From Leptogorgia sarmentosa (taxonomy: Eukaryota): a DNA stretch of 64,000 bases. Shown here in pieces: positions 38,757-51,848 of this stretch. Within the stretch, counting starts at the first letter, position 1. Each line of letters starts with the position of its first letter. The stretch is taken from positions 21,328,001 to 21,392,000 of the forward strand of contig OZ210885.1 of NCBI GenBank assembly GCA_964658305.1. Direction: 5' to 3'. The position numbers and the translations under genes are program-made. The notes beneath the pieces were generated by a model that was not told the origin of the DNA, ran no database searches, and worked only from the letters and a program-made list of their open reading frames with translations.

Positions 38757-40797
38757 TTACTCTAGCAATTGAGGACAGGTAATGACACCACGAACAGTTT
38801 TTGTATGCCCACTCTGGCGACAATGACTACATTTTCTTTCCTTTCTTGGCTTGTTTGATTCCATGACCAATTGTTCAGTGTGGCTTGATTTTGAAGGAGG
38901 TTGAGGCGGAGGACAGGTTAGTGCAGCAGATGTTTCATTTGAGCAGAAAGGTCTTATTTTTTCATAGAGATAGACTTGTCGCTCATGAGACATTCCAGGA
39001 GGTTGGATCACATCGGGCATCTAAGATATATCTATAGCACTTATATCACTGACAATCTTCATTGCAATTTCTGATGAGATGGAATTCTTTAACAAACACA
39101 GTACAAGGCTGTGATGCATCAAATCGAAAGTGATGATATTGCAAAATGTTTGGAATTCGCTGAAAGTATTTGCTGAGAAATTCATTCCAGTTGTACCATG
39201 TTACATGTCGTTTTCCAGTTATGTGGGCTGTTAATTGGGGTATATTCTTTCCACAAATACTGGAATTGGAAACCACTTTCTCAATATCGGGGAGGGAGGA
39301 GACTGAAGTACGTCTATACAACTTCTTTATCAATCCAAAGAAACGGTCAGGGCTAAATTTGGTGTGACCAGGGATCATGAAAGAAATTTTCATCTTTGAA
39401 TTCCTGCCGGTAATTGTTCTCCAACAGAGATACTGCATGACCACATTGTTTTTATTTTGGCCAACAGCATTATCAGCATGCAATAGTACTTCTTGGTCTG
39501 ATGATGTATGACCCTCTAAGTAGTGATGCATCATTGATATGACAATGTTGGCACCTTTCCGAACAATGTCATTCTCATCTATTAGATAGTTTACTTGCTC
39601 ACTTTTTGCTTCACAGCAGACTCCGAAAATCTGACATTTGCGGGGTGTGAGGAAATAAAGTGGGCCAACCTGCTGTGGGCTATTTGGGAAATGAATCTGC
39701 TGGGCAAAGTCAAAGCTGAAATGGACAAATGTTGGATATAAAGGATTATTACTCATAAGTTCCTGTTTGCTCTTAATGCATTCTTCATTGTAAAGTTCCC
39801 TTTCTTGTTTAGCTAGTTTAAGATGTTTCTCCGCTTCTGTGAATTGTTTTGATTTTTGTTGCTCGGGCAAATTAGCACAACGAATAATTTTCACAATGTT
39901 CTCTTGACAGATCTCACAAAGATCTGTTTTTGGTTTCATTGCTGAAATATGTGGTAACAGCTCGCACCATAAACTTTCAAATTGCCTTCGACAAATTGGT
40001 TTGTTTGTAGTGTCTGCGCAAGCATCACAATATTGCCTGTAAACGTATCGCTTAGTCATGTCAGTTGGGAGAAGTAGAGCTTTTTCATCAGTGTATTGAC
40101 CAGGAATTCGACCCGGCAAGGGAAGGGCATGAAGATTAGCAAAGTTTTTTATGAACTGTACCACACCCTCAGTTTGTGAGAATGGTAGTGTATTATAAGG
40201 TAAGCGTTTTGTATTTCTATGAGCGCGAGATGTCAATCCATTTTGGCTAACATGGACAATAAGGTTTTTATAATGCTTTGTGCCAACAGCATGCAAAAAT
40301 AGGTAGCTAGCTTTGCAAACCTTGTGTCCATGAAACCAGTAATTGATATGAGACCGAGTTCCATCCTCGTTGTTATCGCATCGTCGGTTACCTTCTAAGT
40401 TTGCCATAATCACCAGATCTTACTCATTTTTACTCATCTCTTTACAATTCATGCGGCTGGTTGCAATCTCATTACGGGTAAACAAACTTCTGCAGGCTTT
40501 TCCATTAGGCCCAAAATGACAGTTACAGGTCTTGTGTATAAAATCATTAAGCTTGAGGTCTTCAGCATCATCGATTTCTCTGACACTTAAATCAACATCG
40601 CCATTTTCGTCCGAATGGTCAACATCTGAATCGTCAACTTCCATCAATTGTTCAGCAAATTCTGCTTCTCCTTTCGAACAGCGAATTACATATTCACAAT
40701 CTGCATCGGCAAATTCATCAATCAGTGCAGTACTGAAGAATGAATCATCCATATTTTTGAAATTTTGATCCCAAAAAAATTGTATAGTATTTGACAA
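38757..40797 (-). pseudogene. Degraded Sola1-like DDD transposase
   Basis: DLCEIC, FDFAQQ, GPLYFLTPRK, ADNAVGQNKN, GHTKFSPD, and C-terminal CSHC..SGH knuckle. Confidence 0.7.
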
Positions 40798-41200
40798 TTT
40801 GTATAGTTACTGTTTGAAATGTGGTGCTGGACATCGAAATACAATAAAACATGCGTTCTTATATTGTCAAGAAACGGAATTACAACGAAACATCTTGTGG
40901 GAATGGTTTACAGATAAACTGCCTGTAGAGGTATCATCTATGTTGTACTCCTTAGATGACGATCAATTTTTGTTTTTTTTGTTCGGTGACATTTCAACTG
41001 TTATAGACACTTACGAGCTAATTAATATTAAAGACCTAACTCAACTGACAATAGCAAGTTTTATCTCTAGGATTTATAAACATTTCTTTAGTTGACTGTC
41101 CAAATTATAGAACTATTTCAATTTTATTTTAATTAATACTAGTATTTGTTTGTAAAACTTTGTACAAAACTCCTCTTTAATAGGGGGCAATAAAGAATTG

Positions 41201-41700
41201 TACTACTGAGATTAGAAATACATTCCAATCTTGTTACTTTAACAACTTTGTTACTTGTTACTTTCTCACGAGTCGCTATTGTGTGAGTAAATTGCTATTG
41301 TTCAAGTTTAATTTGCATATTTAGATTACTGACATTTATGGTAGTATTTAATTTCTGTTGCAGGTTTGAAACAATACTTAAAATAAAAGTTGCAAAACGG
41401 TAGCGTGTCAAAGATAGATTTAACAGAAATACATTCCCATCTCATTACTTTAACTACTGAGATTATAAATATATTCCCATCTTGTTAATTTAACAACTAC
41501 TGAGATTTGAAATATTGTTACTTTAACAACTACTGAGATTACAAATACATTCCCATCTCGTTACCTTAACTACTGAGATTAGAAATAGCTACATTCCCAT
41601 CTTGTTACTTTAACAACTACTGAGATCACAAATACATTCCCATCTCGTTACCTTAACTACTGAGATTAGAAATAGCTACATTCCCATCTCGTTACTTTAA
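41201..41700 (+). repeat. Continuation of the 43-bp minisatellite (41201-41250 and 41425-41700)
   Basis: Same unit as 31166-31590. Confidence 0.95.
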
Positions 41701-42517
41701 AGTGTTACTGCAACGAATTTTTCGACCCCTTTTTTATTGGCTTATTTTAAAGTACTTACTCTCTGAATATGTTTACCGCAAACAGAATTAAAATTGCTCT
41801 TTTCAAACGGATTTTATGGCCTTTCAAAGTTGCGATTTTTGGCTATTTTTTATTAAAAATATTTCACAAATTATAACAAATAAAACCTTTAATAAGTAAA
41901 GATACAACTCATACAATATAAACTTAAACAGCCGCCATATTGTTCTCGTAACTATATAAAAACATGTGTTCGCACTTTATTGGCGGTGACGTCATTGCCA
42001 CTAATGTCCTGTACTTTTAGTCGTAAATCGTTCGCACAGTGTATGTGTATAGGCAAAATCTGTGCTAATACAACGCAACACTTTCGATTCGCGCGTGGCT
42101 AAAATTGAGTTTAGTGCATGTTAAACGGCACATGTATAAGTAAGTGTTTGCACGTTAATTAGTATCAAGTATAGAGCATCATCGGTTCTTTCTTGTGTAG
42201 TTGTTATACGTTATTATAGTTAGTTTGATTGATCATTGTATTTTAGTTCGAACCGAATTAACAAATTACCAAATTATCCAATAACCGAACAACCGAATTA
42301 TCTACCTACCGAACGTCTATCTATACAAAGACAATATACCACGATAAACGACCCCAAAGAGGCAATTTGCTAAGACTCGACTCCACATCAAACCTACAAC
42401 ATCGCCTGGTTTATATTTCCACACTCTATTTCCTATAAGTCGTCCTATCGTGATATCATTGTTCGTACATACTTCAGACCTGTATATATATACTGTCATC
42501 TGTTCATCAAAGTGATA
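41701..42517. mobile_element. Possible Kolobok-type element end inserted at a TTAA in the minisatellite
   Basis: TTAA followed by AGTGTTACTGCAACG interrupts a repeat unit; partner end not found. Confidence 0.35.
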
Positions 42518-42519
42518 TA

Positions 42520-42952
42520 CAGGGTGTATCAAAAAAATGGTAACACAAATGTGGCACGCCATTAAATGTGGCATTTAGTCAAACGTTTTAAGTGAAAATT
42601 GCATATTTCCACCGATGGGAATAAACGAGACAATGGATATGCATTTTTAATCAACAAATTTTCAAAGATTTACATATTTATCATTCAGATTCACTTTTGT
42701 CTCTTGCTGAATATGAAAACTCGCACTAATTTGAATATTTGAATTGCAATGATAATTGCAGGATGATTAAGATGTTTAAACCTCTTGGGACTAAATTTCA
42801 AAAGAAATTATTAATATTCACTTAAAACGTTCACCGCATCTAAAAGCTAATGAACTGAACTTTCGAATGATATCAATTTCGATGAAATCCATCAACGACT
42901 TGGTGAAATATGGCGCGCCACATTTGTGTTAACATTTTTTTTATACACCCTG
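42520..42952. mobile_element. Tc1/mariner-type MITE
   Basis: TIR CAGGGTGTAT(C/A)AAAAAAATG(G/T)TAACACAAATGTGGC; TA TSD. Confidence 0.9.
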
Positions 42953-43070
42953 TAATTGTGTTGTGAAATTTTCACCTTCGAGTTCGATTTATTCAACGCA
43001 CCACGTCTACCCCGAGTAGATTCATTTGGATTTTGGTCAATCATTCGTTTCTATCCGAGTGAAGCTACAC

Positions 43071-43190
43071 TAGAACCATTTTTTTGAAATAACTACCCGT
43101 GCTGAAGGTTTTGAATGAAAATCGTGCAATTTGAATGGAATTAGCCCCGAAATTATCCACACAGGTAGTTATTTCCAAAAAATGGTGCTA
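43071..43190. repeat. Small inverted-repeat element with TAG...CTA ends
   Basis: About 30-bp imperfect arms TAG(A/C)ACCATTTTTT..AAATAACTACC.GTG. Confidence 0.6.
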
Positions 43191-43546
43191 GAACCTGATT
43201 GGAAACGTTATGCGGTCGTAAAATGCGGGAAACAACCAGATGATCTCATATTCGTATTTCAGCCAATCAGCGCTCAGGAAGGGGTTGTCCGAATAGAATA
43301 GAAATCCATTTTTGCTATCAGTGGAATACGTTATCAGTGGAACACGTTATGAAAACTTACCTTTTAACAGGAATTAAATTATATTTTGAGATACTTGACT
43401 CAATTTAACAATGCATTGTCTTTGTTATTCACTCCCTTTTAACGTAATTACAGTGAATTTAAAGTATAACAATATCAACTATGATAAAACAACGTTCTTA
43501 GTCTATCCCAACATTACCGCTGACCTGCACACTCTGTTCGTCTTTT

Positions 43547-44450
43547 TTGTTCACTCCTTCGGAGTTGGGGGGTGTTGTTAATCCTGGTCCATCGACGCCG
43601 AAAGACGCAATGGAAGGTAGGATGGACCTTGTTCAGGCCGTCGTGGCCGATGAAGGCTTCATTGCAAAACTTTCTTCAGCGATTATGGCACAAATGGCTC
43701 CACAATTGTTAAATCAAAATTCTGCAGTGCTTCAAGGCCAGGCAGATGTTCGAAATCCCAGAGTATCTCACGATCAAACGGGTACACAAATTCAGACTCT
43801 TCCCGGAGTATCATACGATCAAACAGGTTCAAAAGAGCAGTCGAATCCCACCATATCAGACGATAGGTCGGGTTCCACTACTACAAAGAGTATGCCTGTG
43901 ATACAGCTAGATGACGATGACCATGTGCCAGCCAAACTCGTTCGAAACTCAGACGTCAGTTGTGACGATGATGTTAATTATGAGTTCGAGGAATTAGAAA
44001 CAGAGAACATTCTCTCCCCAACCTCTCAATGGGAAGCTAGCGAGCGTTTATCTCAGTTGCTCGAAACAGCTGTAAAGCGATTAAATAAGTTTGAGAGAAA
44101 GACGTTGATCAAAACTTGCCCGCATCCAGACGTGGACACTGCGTACACGCCAGCGATGGATGAATACTTGAAGCCTTTCATCCAAGGAATAACAACACCT
44201 GATAAGCCTCATAAGGACTTACAGGATAATGTTTTGGATGTATGCGGTCCTCTGTGTACAGCATATGAGAATTTGTTATCCATGGAGAGTACCTGATGGT
44301 GTGGTTCAGCTGGATGCTACTGGCATTCGTAGCTTCCAAGATTGCATCAAACATGCTTTGTTGTTAACTGGCAATGTAGTCGCTCGAATTTCCACAATTC
44401 ATCGGGAACTCGTGTTGAAGAAGATAAACCCCCTCATGGTGTCATTAGCG
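43547..44450 (+). pseudogene. Isolated DIRS-type gag fragment from a second family
   Basis: CPHPDVDTAYTPAMD, DLQDNVLDVCGPL, LLTGN..ARIS..HRELVL. Confidence 0.65.
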
Positions 44451-44455
44451 GCATG

Positions 44456-44747
44456 TTGTAAAAGCTGGACTGGACTTGTAAAACCTGGACTGGACTCATT
44501 TGTAAAACATGGAGTGGACTCAGAACAATACAATTTGTAAAACCTGGACTGGACTCATTTGTAAAACATGGACTGGACTCATTTGTAAAACATGGACTGG
44601 ACTCATTTGTAAAACATGAACTGGACTCATTTGTAAAACCTGGACTGGATTCGTTTGTAAAACCTGGACTGGACTCGTTTGTAAAACCTGGACTGGACTC
44701 GTTTGTAAAACCTGGACTGGACTCGTTTGTAAAACCTGGACTGGACT
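44456..44747 (+). repeat. 24-bp minisatellite
   Basis: Unit TTTGTAAAAC(C/A)TGGACTGGACTC(A/G), about 11 copies. Confidence 0.97.
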
Positions 44748-45151
44748 AAATCTGGTCAAAAATAGAAACCTTTTCACAGTATTCAATTTTAGGTTCTTTA
44801 AATGGAAGAACAGTGTCTTTTTTACTAAATATGGGTCGTTTAGTGCCTAATGAAATGTCATTATTTTATTACAGCGGTAAGTATATATTACTTATATTAT
44901 TTATGTGTAGACACACCACTACTGGAGCCGGAGAGTTCAACACACTAAGCACAGTGCTGTACAGTTTATCTATAATGATATATTCTGTAGCTATAGTATC
45001 TGAGGAATAATTACATTTTGTAATTAATAATATTTCTGCAAATCATTGAGGTTCACCCACCATTGTCTTCAATTTTACCATTATAAAACTTCTTAATGTC
45101 GAACTCAACTAGCATTGTTAATCTTTTCTTCATAGAGGATTAAGAATTGTT

Positions 45152-45262
45152 GGCGCTTTCTCGATATATGAGCAACCGAAATATAAATATAGTGAATAAC
45201 CTTGACCCGAACCACTATTCTAACCCTAACCTATTGTGTTGCTCATATATCGAGAAAGGGCC
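45152..45262. mobile_element. 111-bp non-autonomous DNA transposon (Merlin-like ends)
   Basis: 25-bp TIR GGC(G/C)CTTTCTCGATATATGAGCAAC; 8-bp TSD GAATTGTT; internal TAACCC-like units. Confidence 0.8.
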
Positions 45263-45746
45263 GAATTGTTACAGTGATACCAACTAGTGACTAGTGCAAA
45301 CTTAAGTATGAATAAGGTAAAATATTTTTGGTTTTTGTGATACCGTACTCTCTTTATTATTCTTTTGAGGGAATATACATAATTATATAATATATGTGTG
45401 TGTGTGTGACATGTAAATAAGTTGATATCTGTTTCATCTAAAACTATTACTGGGGGGGGGGCTTAAGAAAGGGAGGGGGGAGCTTAATAAAAATCTTCAC
45501 CTAAGAGGCCCGGGGCTTATTAGAAAGGGAGTTTACTTGTGAGGGAGGGGGGTGGCTAAATAGAGAGAATATGGTAGAATGTTCCTCAAACAAACTATTA
45601 AGTTACATTAAACTATGTTACATATATGCATGTAAACACCAACCAAACATTCCAACTCAACTTTCAATTAGTCATGAAATATTAGACTGGATAACTAAAC
45701 AAGTGTACCTTCTAAAATGTTGAAACTTGATGTTCTATCATCCATA

Positions 45747-48700
45747 TCAGTCAATATTTTGCAATGTTCTTGTACCTGCAGATAAGCCAAATCGCTCACT
45801 CAGTGCGTTGGAGTGCTGCACAAACATGAATGGAATTAGGTCGGTTGGGACAATACAAGCCTTGGTCTCAAATTGTGGACAAGCAGCATGCACACAATCA
45901 GGGTTGAGGTGGAAATATACGGATGAAATTTTGGGTGATACTTTGGGTTGGCCATCTTTATCGTGGTATCTGCGACACAACCTTGTTGTAACCACCATGT
46001 CTTCGGGCGGGTGCGGTATATTACCTCCTGGTTCTAACAATTCTTGGCAGCCATAACATCTTGAAACCTTCTTGTCGAGGAATGATAACCGACCAAATGC
46101 AAATACTCCAGGAGGAGGCTTGGGTCGGGAAGGTGTATTTGAGTTTTCTTCTGCAGTTAAAACACTGCCTAAAGGAGATTGAGCAGTCTGACAAAGTTGG
46201 TGGAGTTGGGTAGGTTGGAGCTGTTGAGTACGAGGTTGATTATGTTGTGGGGACTGGGTAGGTTGGAGCTGTTGAGTACGAGGTTGAGTAAGTTGTGGGG
46301 ACTGGGTAGGTTGGAGCTGTTGAGTATGAGGTTGAGTATGTTGTCGGGACTGGGTAGGTTGGAGCTGTTGAGTACGAGGTTGAGTGAACTGAAAGGACTG
46401 GGTACATTGGAGCTGTTGAGTAAAAGGTTGAATGGACTGTGTGGGTTGGAACTGCTGAGTGCAGGCTGACTGCTGGTAGGAGTGAGTTGAAATATTAACC
46501 ATATTTTCCTGAATGAACCTATGAGAGGCGACGGTTTTTCCAATAGAAGGTGCTTTGTTTGCTCTTCCTTTGCGATTTTTGGATGTAGGTTTTTCACCTG
46601 CGTTCTGGGCCATGTTGACATTAATTAACACAGTCAGGTTTGGGGCGGTCCGCTTTCTGTTCTTATACCACCGAAGAAATTCTTTCAGGATGCCATTTAT
46701 TTCAGCTATTGTTAGGCAGTGCGAACACAGAGTGTAGGTGGACCAGTTGATACAAGCTTTATCGCATTATTATGTGGATTGGAGTTGCATCTGCTATGAA
46801 CCAGGTACGTTTCGGATGAACCGTGGTTGTCCTCGTCAGCTGGAACTTTCCAAGTTTTATCTCCATCGCGTACATAGGTCGCCGCTTTCTTGAACATGGC
46901 ATCAAGTACTGGGAAAGGAATACTAATAATTCCAGACCTCTCAGCTAATACCGATAACTCGCCATTCAATGCTTGTTCTTCACGTTGTCTCGGCTCGGAA
47001 ACTGGCGCAGTGAAGAATTTTTTCTTTAATGCTTTCTTCTGGGAGTTGTTCATACGAAAGAAATTCTTTTCTTCCACGCGTAGGAAAGAGAACTTGTCGC
47101 TAATTCGATACTGCCAAGTCCCAGAACAGCTAAGAATTGCTCGTCATGTTGTCGTGCCACTTCTGCCCGAATTCTTTCGATGTATGGCAAAAGAGCAGAC
47201 TGATGCTTCGAGGACTTTGGATCTTGGTCTGCTTTAATGATCCGATTCATGCACTCATTTGCGTTTTGTGTGTACAACGTAGGTGGGTAGCCAAGCCCAC
47301 ACATCGATCTTATATTTGACCTGGACGATTCACGAATGATATTTGCTTTGGATTTCAGAAAGTAATCCACGAACTTTTCACCATCTTCGTGCAAAGTTGT
47401 CCACTTGCACACAGCGGATTGTAAGCAAGCGTCGAACTCCTCAGCCGACGTGGTATGAATTAATCCTCCTCCTACTTGATCTCCTATTTCGTTTCCAAAG
47501 TAGCCTGCTTGCTGGCGTTTTTTTATTATTTTATCTACCTGTGAGCGAGCTGCAGCTAGAAACGTCTTCGGTACAATCCACAGAGGAGAGCTTTGGTACA
47601 ATAGTCATAGACAGAGGAGCGAAGCTAGATCAAGCGCAAGACAGTAAATCAACCCGCTGACAGCGCGCGCTGGGGAGAGCTCATGGGGGGGGGGGAGAAA
47701 AGAGGGAGGAGGAAAGAGAGGGAAAAACCGCCTGCCCGGAAACTACGGATATTCGAGTAGCGATTTGAAATTCCCGTCCACCAGCGGACGGGAATTGTTA
47801 TTGGTCAATCGTAAAGATTGTGTGCTTCCACTTCTCTCTGGTGGAATTCCTTGTACTCGTTGTAGTTGTTTTGTACTCCTTTAGCTGCATTGGTCTTCAT
47901 TGTTCGGTTCATGCTGGCACGTGAAGTTCCAACTTCCCTAGCTGAGGCATCATTTACAAACATGTCAAATTCAACCTGAAACGTAAAATTTAGCTTGTCT
48001 TATGCTCCATGTCCCCACAAAAAATATGATACAGAAGACCATTGTGTCCCAGGGATGGGAGATGATATACTGTATGCAAGTACATTAAGTACAGGTCAGA
48101 AAAGGGAACAGCAAGACACACAAAAAAGTAATGAACCCATGTACATATACAATTACCAATTGCCAAACACCAGATTAAAATTAAAGGATTTCTTCAATTT
48201 CCATTACTATGTATGTATGTAAGGACAAATCTCAAGTTTGATATTATATGTATACTCATTATATAGGCAATATACAAGCATGGCAAATACAGTATCTAAC
48301 AATTTTTTATCTCCTTTCTTGCCATGTTCTGGTACCACTCTGGCCTTATTTGAATACAATGTGAAGGTTTATATATGTATATAATATAATTCAATAAAAT
48401 ATTTTTCCACTTTAACATGTTTTAATGATATATTAGGATTGTTGGTGACAACATTGACCTTACAATTAATGCCAGAATTCAGACCTCTGAAATCCAAAAC
48501 CGTTCCATACATTGGACCCAGCAGTATGCTGTCTTAAACTGTGTAAATGACCCACTTTTGAGCACCACAACTCCATGTAAGGCCATGGAAGACATTCATC
48601 TTGTAGACCTCCTTCCAACTGATGCTGTTCAAGAAAATATGGTAAATCACTGGGCTGTTCTTGTTAGTCGGATAATTTGCAAATACCTTCCCAAGTTCAG

Positions 48701-50760
48701 ATGTCTACAAGGCATGATTGTTCATCATTTCCCACATCCATATTCAGCTGCAATGAGAGCCAAATCAGAGAGTGTAAGTATTTGAGACTATCATTTTTTA
48801 TTGTTGCCTACTAAAGCAGTATAGAATTGTAATACAATCCTAAATTACTGTAATTAGGTTTGAATTTGAACCTCTTCCAATTATCCATATTTATGTGTGT
48901 TTATTTGACATATTATTTATTTTTATAGTGTTCAGGTTGAATTTGACATGTTTGTAAATGATGCCTCAGCTAGGGAAGTTGGAACTTCACGTGCCAGCAT
49001 GAACCGAACAATGAAGACCAATGCAGCTAAAGGAGTACAAAACAACTACAACGAGTACAAGGAATTTCACCAGAGAGAAGTGGAAGCACACAATCTTTAG
49101 GATTGACCAATAACAATTCCCGTCCGCTGGTGGACGGGAATTTCAAATCGCTACTCGAATATCCGTAGTTTCCGGGCAGGCGGTTTTTCCCTCTCTTTCC
49201 TCCTCCATCTTTTCTCCCCCCCCCCCCCCCCGTGAGCTCTCCCCAATAGCGCGCGCTGTCAGCGGGTCGATTTACTGTCTTGTGCTTGATCTAGCTTCGC
49301 TCCTCTGTCTATGACTATTGTACCGAAGCTCTCCTCTGTAGATTATACTGAAGACGTTTCTAGCTGCAGCTCGCTCACAGGTAGATAAAATAATAAAAAA
49401 CCGCCAGCAAGCAGGCTATTTCCAAAGATCGCTGGGCGACCTGTTATACCGCACTGGACAAGTTTCCTTTTTATGTTGTCCTTCAGATGAATGTCACAGC
49501 AAAGATGTTGTGCATGTGGAAATACGTCTGAAAAGGCGTCTGCAAGATTTTTTTCTCCATCTGTTCCATAAACCAGCACGCCTGCAGCCTCTTGGTGATA
49601 TTTTGTCATCAGTAAAGGCAACGTTTGATACGATGTTTTAAGCTTCTGCTTGTGGAGAATGCCAGGACCAATACACACTGGATGATTACCATTCTTCGTA
49701 GTTAGCATCAAATTTCTGTAGGTCGTAAAGGTGAAGTAAAACGAGGCAATTTGGAATGTCGCATCCACGCCTAATACGCAAAACTTCTCAGGGTTCGTGC
49801 AAAAACGTTCAATGTCAACCAGCTGCTGCTTGGTGGCAATAAAGACGATTGGCTCAGGGAAAAGAGGTATTTCACGAATAAAAATATCTTCATCCCGTCC
49901 TTGTTGTTCCTCTTTGGCTTTTGCTAAAACTTGCAGCATTGGATCTTCTATGTGCGTTGGGGGTTCTTTCTGCTTTTTTTCTTCTCTTGTGATGTTGTAA
50001 ACCTGTGTCCTATTACGAGGTAATGCTCCAGATGATCCGATTTTCATTATTCCTCCCCTTTCATTGATCACTTTATGCACTGTTGAACGAGCTGGCAATG
50101 TTCCAATGTTCTCCTTTATCATTTTTCTTGTGCTCTGCATTGTTCTTTGGTACGAACCACACCTTGTACTTTTAGCATTTCCATGTAAGTTTACTTTAAC
50201 GGTTGTTCGCTGTTGTTGAATATGTACTGAATGAATACCAGATCTTTTGGAATTGTTGAAGCGGACTCATGAGCTGTGATTATTATTCTTTGAAGCGAAT
50301 CCATGCTTGAATTTCTGTACCACTGCCGTTTGATAACAAAAACACCGACTTGTTCATCCGGTAGTTTATCCTTTGCTAACCTGGCAAGTTTTCCATCCCC
50401 GTCCATACTGTAAAACAACTTCTTTGAGCCTTTGCACTCCCATGCACCTAGGTTGTCACATTTCAGGTCATCTTTTTCTGGGATCTGCGATGTGTCCACT
50501 ACAAAAACGGTGTTGTTTTCAACACTTGTTGGGCCGCGCGTAGCAATTCAAGAGCGGTCTATACAACGATTTACTAAAAGTTCAGCAACATCATCTGTAC
50601 ACATGCCTTTTGTCAGACCCCAACGGTATACTGGCAGTGTTGGGTCACCTTATACAGGCGAATTTCATCGTTATGTATGGACTCTAAACTTCCATCGTAC
50701 AGTTCGTCGGTACTTTCAAGATCATTTTCTATAGAATGATTTATTGATACCTGTCAGTGT
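45747..50760 (-). pseudogene. Degraded MULE/MuDR-like transposase with SWIM finger, 16-aa Gln/Pro/Thr repeats and C-terminal Cys/His domain
   Basis: LGVDATF, GTDGE, CDIH, TQNANE, CSH, CYGC...YFHL...C. The frame AIFGN-EIGDQ is restored across the AcademH insert. Confidence 0.75.
47501..49418 (+). mobile_element. Non-autonomous AcademH derivative
   Basis: About 480-bp TIRs starting TAGCCTGC; 9-bp TSD TTTCCAAAG; internal exon about 48437-48773 encoding IVGDNID...SIHWTQ...LLPT...HPYSAAM. Confidence 0.88.
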
Positions 50761-51249
50761 GTTTTGAAACATAATGGACAGATTTTCGATTAGCACAAAC
50801 GTCGATCCGCCACTGATTATTTTGTACGAATCACAGCTGTATGCAATGGCCAGAACCGAATGAATAAACGATTCGACTTATATGCATACCTTCACTATCG
50901 TTTCTAAGACGGTCATCTTGAATTTGTAATGACTGATCACTTTCATCGCTTCTACTCATATCCTATAAATGCAGTAGGTGATTAAAATTTATTTATTAAA
51001 ATTAAATTTTCAAGATTATAGGCCTACTTACAAAAATTCATTTTGTAGTCAACTAATAAATAGTTTTAACTTGCCATTCTAAAATTGTTCTTTTTACTTT
51101 CACTTTGGCGTTCGATGGTTGTACAATCTTTGTTACTGAAATCTGTTAAGTCAACAAAAGGCTTATCGGTGACGTTCATTTGCACGATGGCATTTCCTAT
51201 GGTAAAAAATAACAATGTAAACGGTATTACAATAAAGAAACGTTAATGG

Positions 51250-51570
51250 GAAACTAAATGTCTGGGGCCAGTGTTGTGCCCTTAATTTATGCGTTACCAT
51301 ACGAATGTGGTCAAGAAAAAGACGACTGTTATTATTATTAATAATACCTTCTTTGGTTATGGTGGCAGACTTTAGCTGGTCCGGTTCATTTTTTATGAGT
51401 GAAGTTAGTATCTGCGTGGCTGTCGGTCTGCTGTTTGGTTCGAATTTACAGCACGACTTGAAGATATCGTCAATTTTACTCCATTGGGTATTTCGCAATC
51501 CTTCATATTTTGGGTCGTGATTCGGCATAACTTTGCGCTTCATCAGTTCTTTAAAAACATCGTCTGACAC
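51250..51570 (-). pseudogene. Possible protein-kinase C-lobe fragment
   Basis: IFKSCCKFEPNSRPTATQIL resembles kinase subdomain XI. No upstream catalytic motifs were recognised. Confidence 0.45.
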
Positions 51571-51848
51571 TATATATATTTATATATATACAGTTCATGA
51601 CAACCCCTACTTGTTTTCTATACTCATATACTCATATTTCTATACTCGCAGATATTCAAATAACATTTTAACCGCTTTGGCAACATGCTCAAACATTGTT
51701 GAAACTTGGCCACATTACTGATTCAATGTCGCTCTCCTTAGCGTCCGCCATATTGTATTACACAAATATTTCATCCCACGAACACGTGCTGAGTTGCAAT
51801 TTTTGCAAAAATCCAAATTCCGGAGGGGCTTTGCGGCATTGTGTACTA

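Larger units (their letters stand above)
31591..41200 (+). mobile_element. 5'-truncated APE-RT LINE (RTEX-like) carrying nested insertions; own sequence about 31591-32704, 33318-34560 and 40798-41200
   Basis: EN motifs LGDFNGH and SYHLPI; RT motifs KAHGFD.ITNEH, RQGGVLSP and FADDL; C-terminal CLKC...H...C; 3' end with a short hairpin and AATAAAGAATTG. Confidence 0.8.

Noticed and set aside
44520..44786. ORF with SPVQVLQT repeats
   Set aside because: It is simply the translation of the 24-bp minisatellite.
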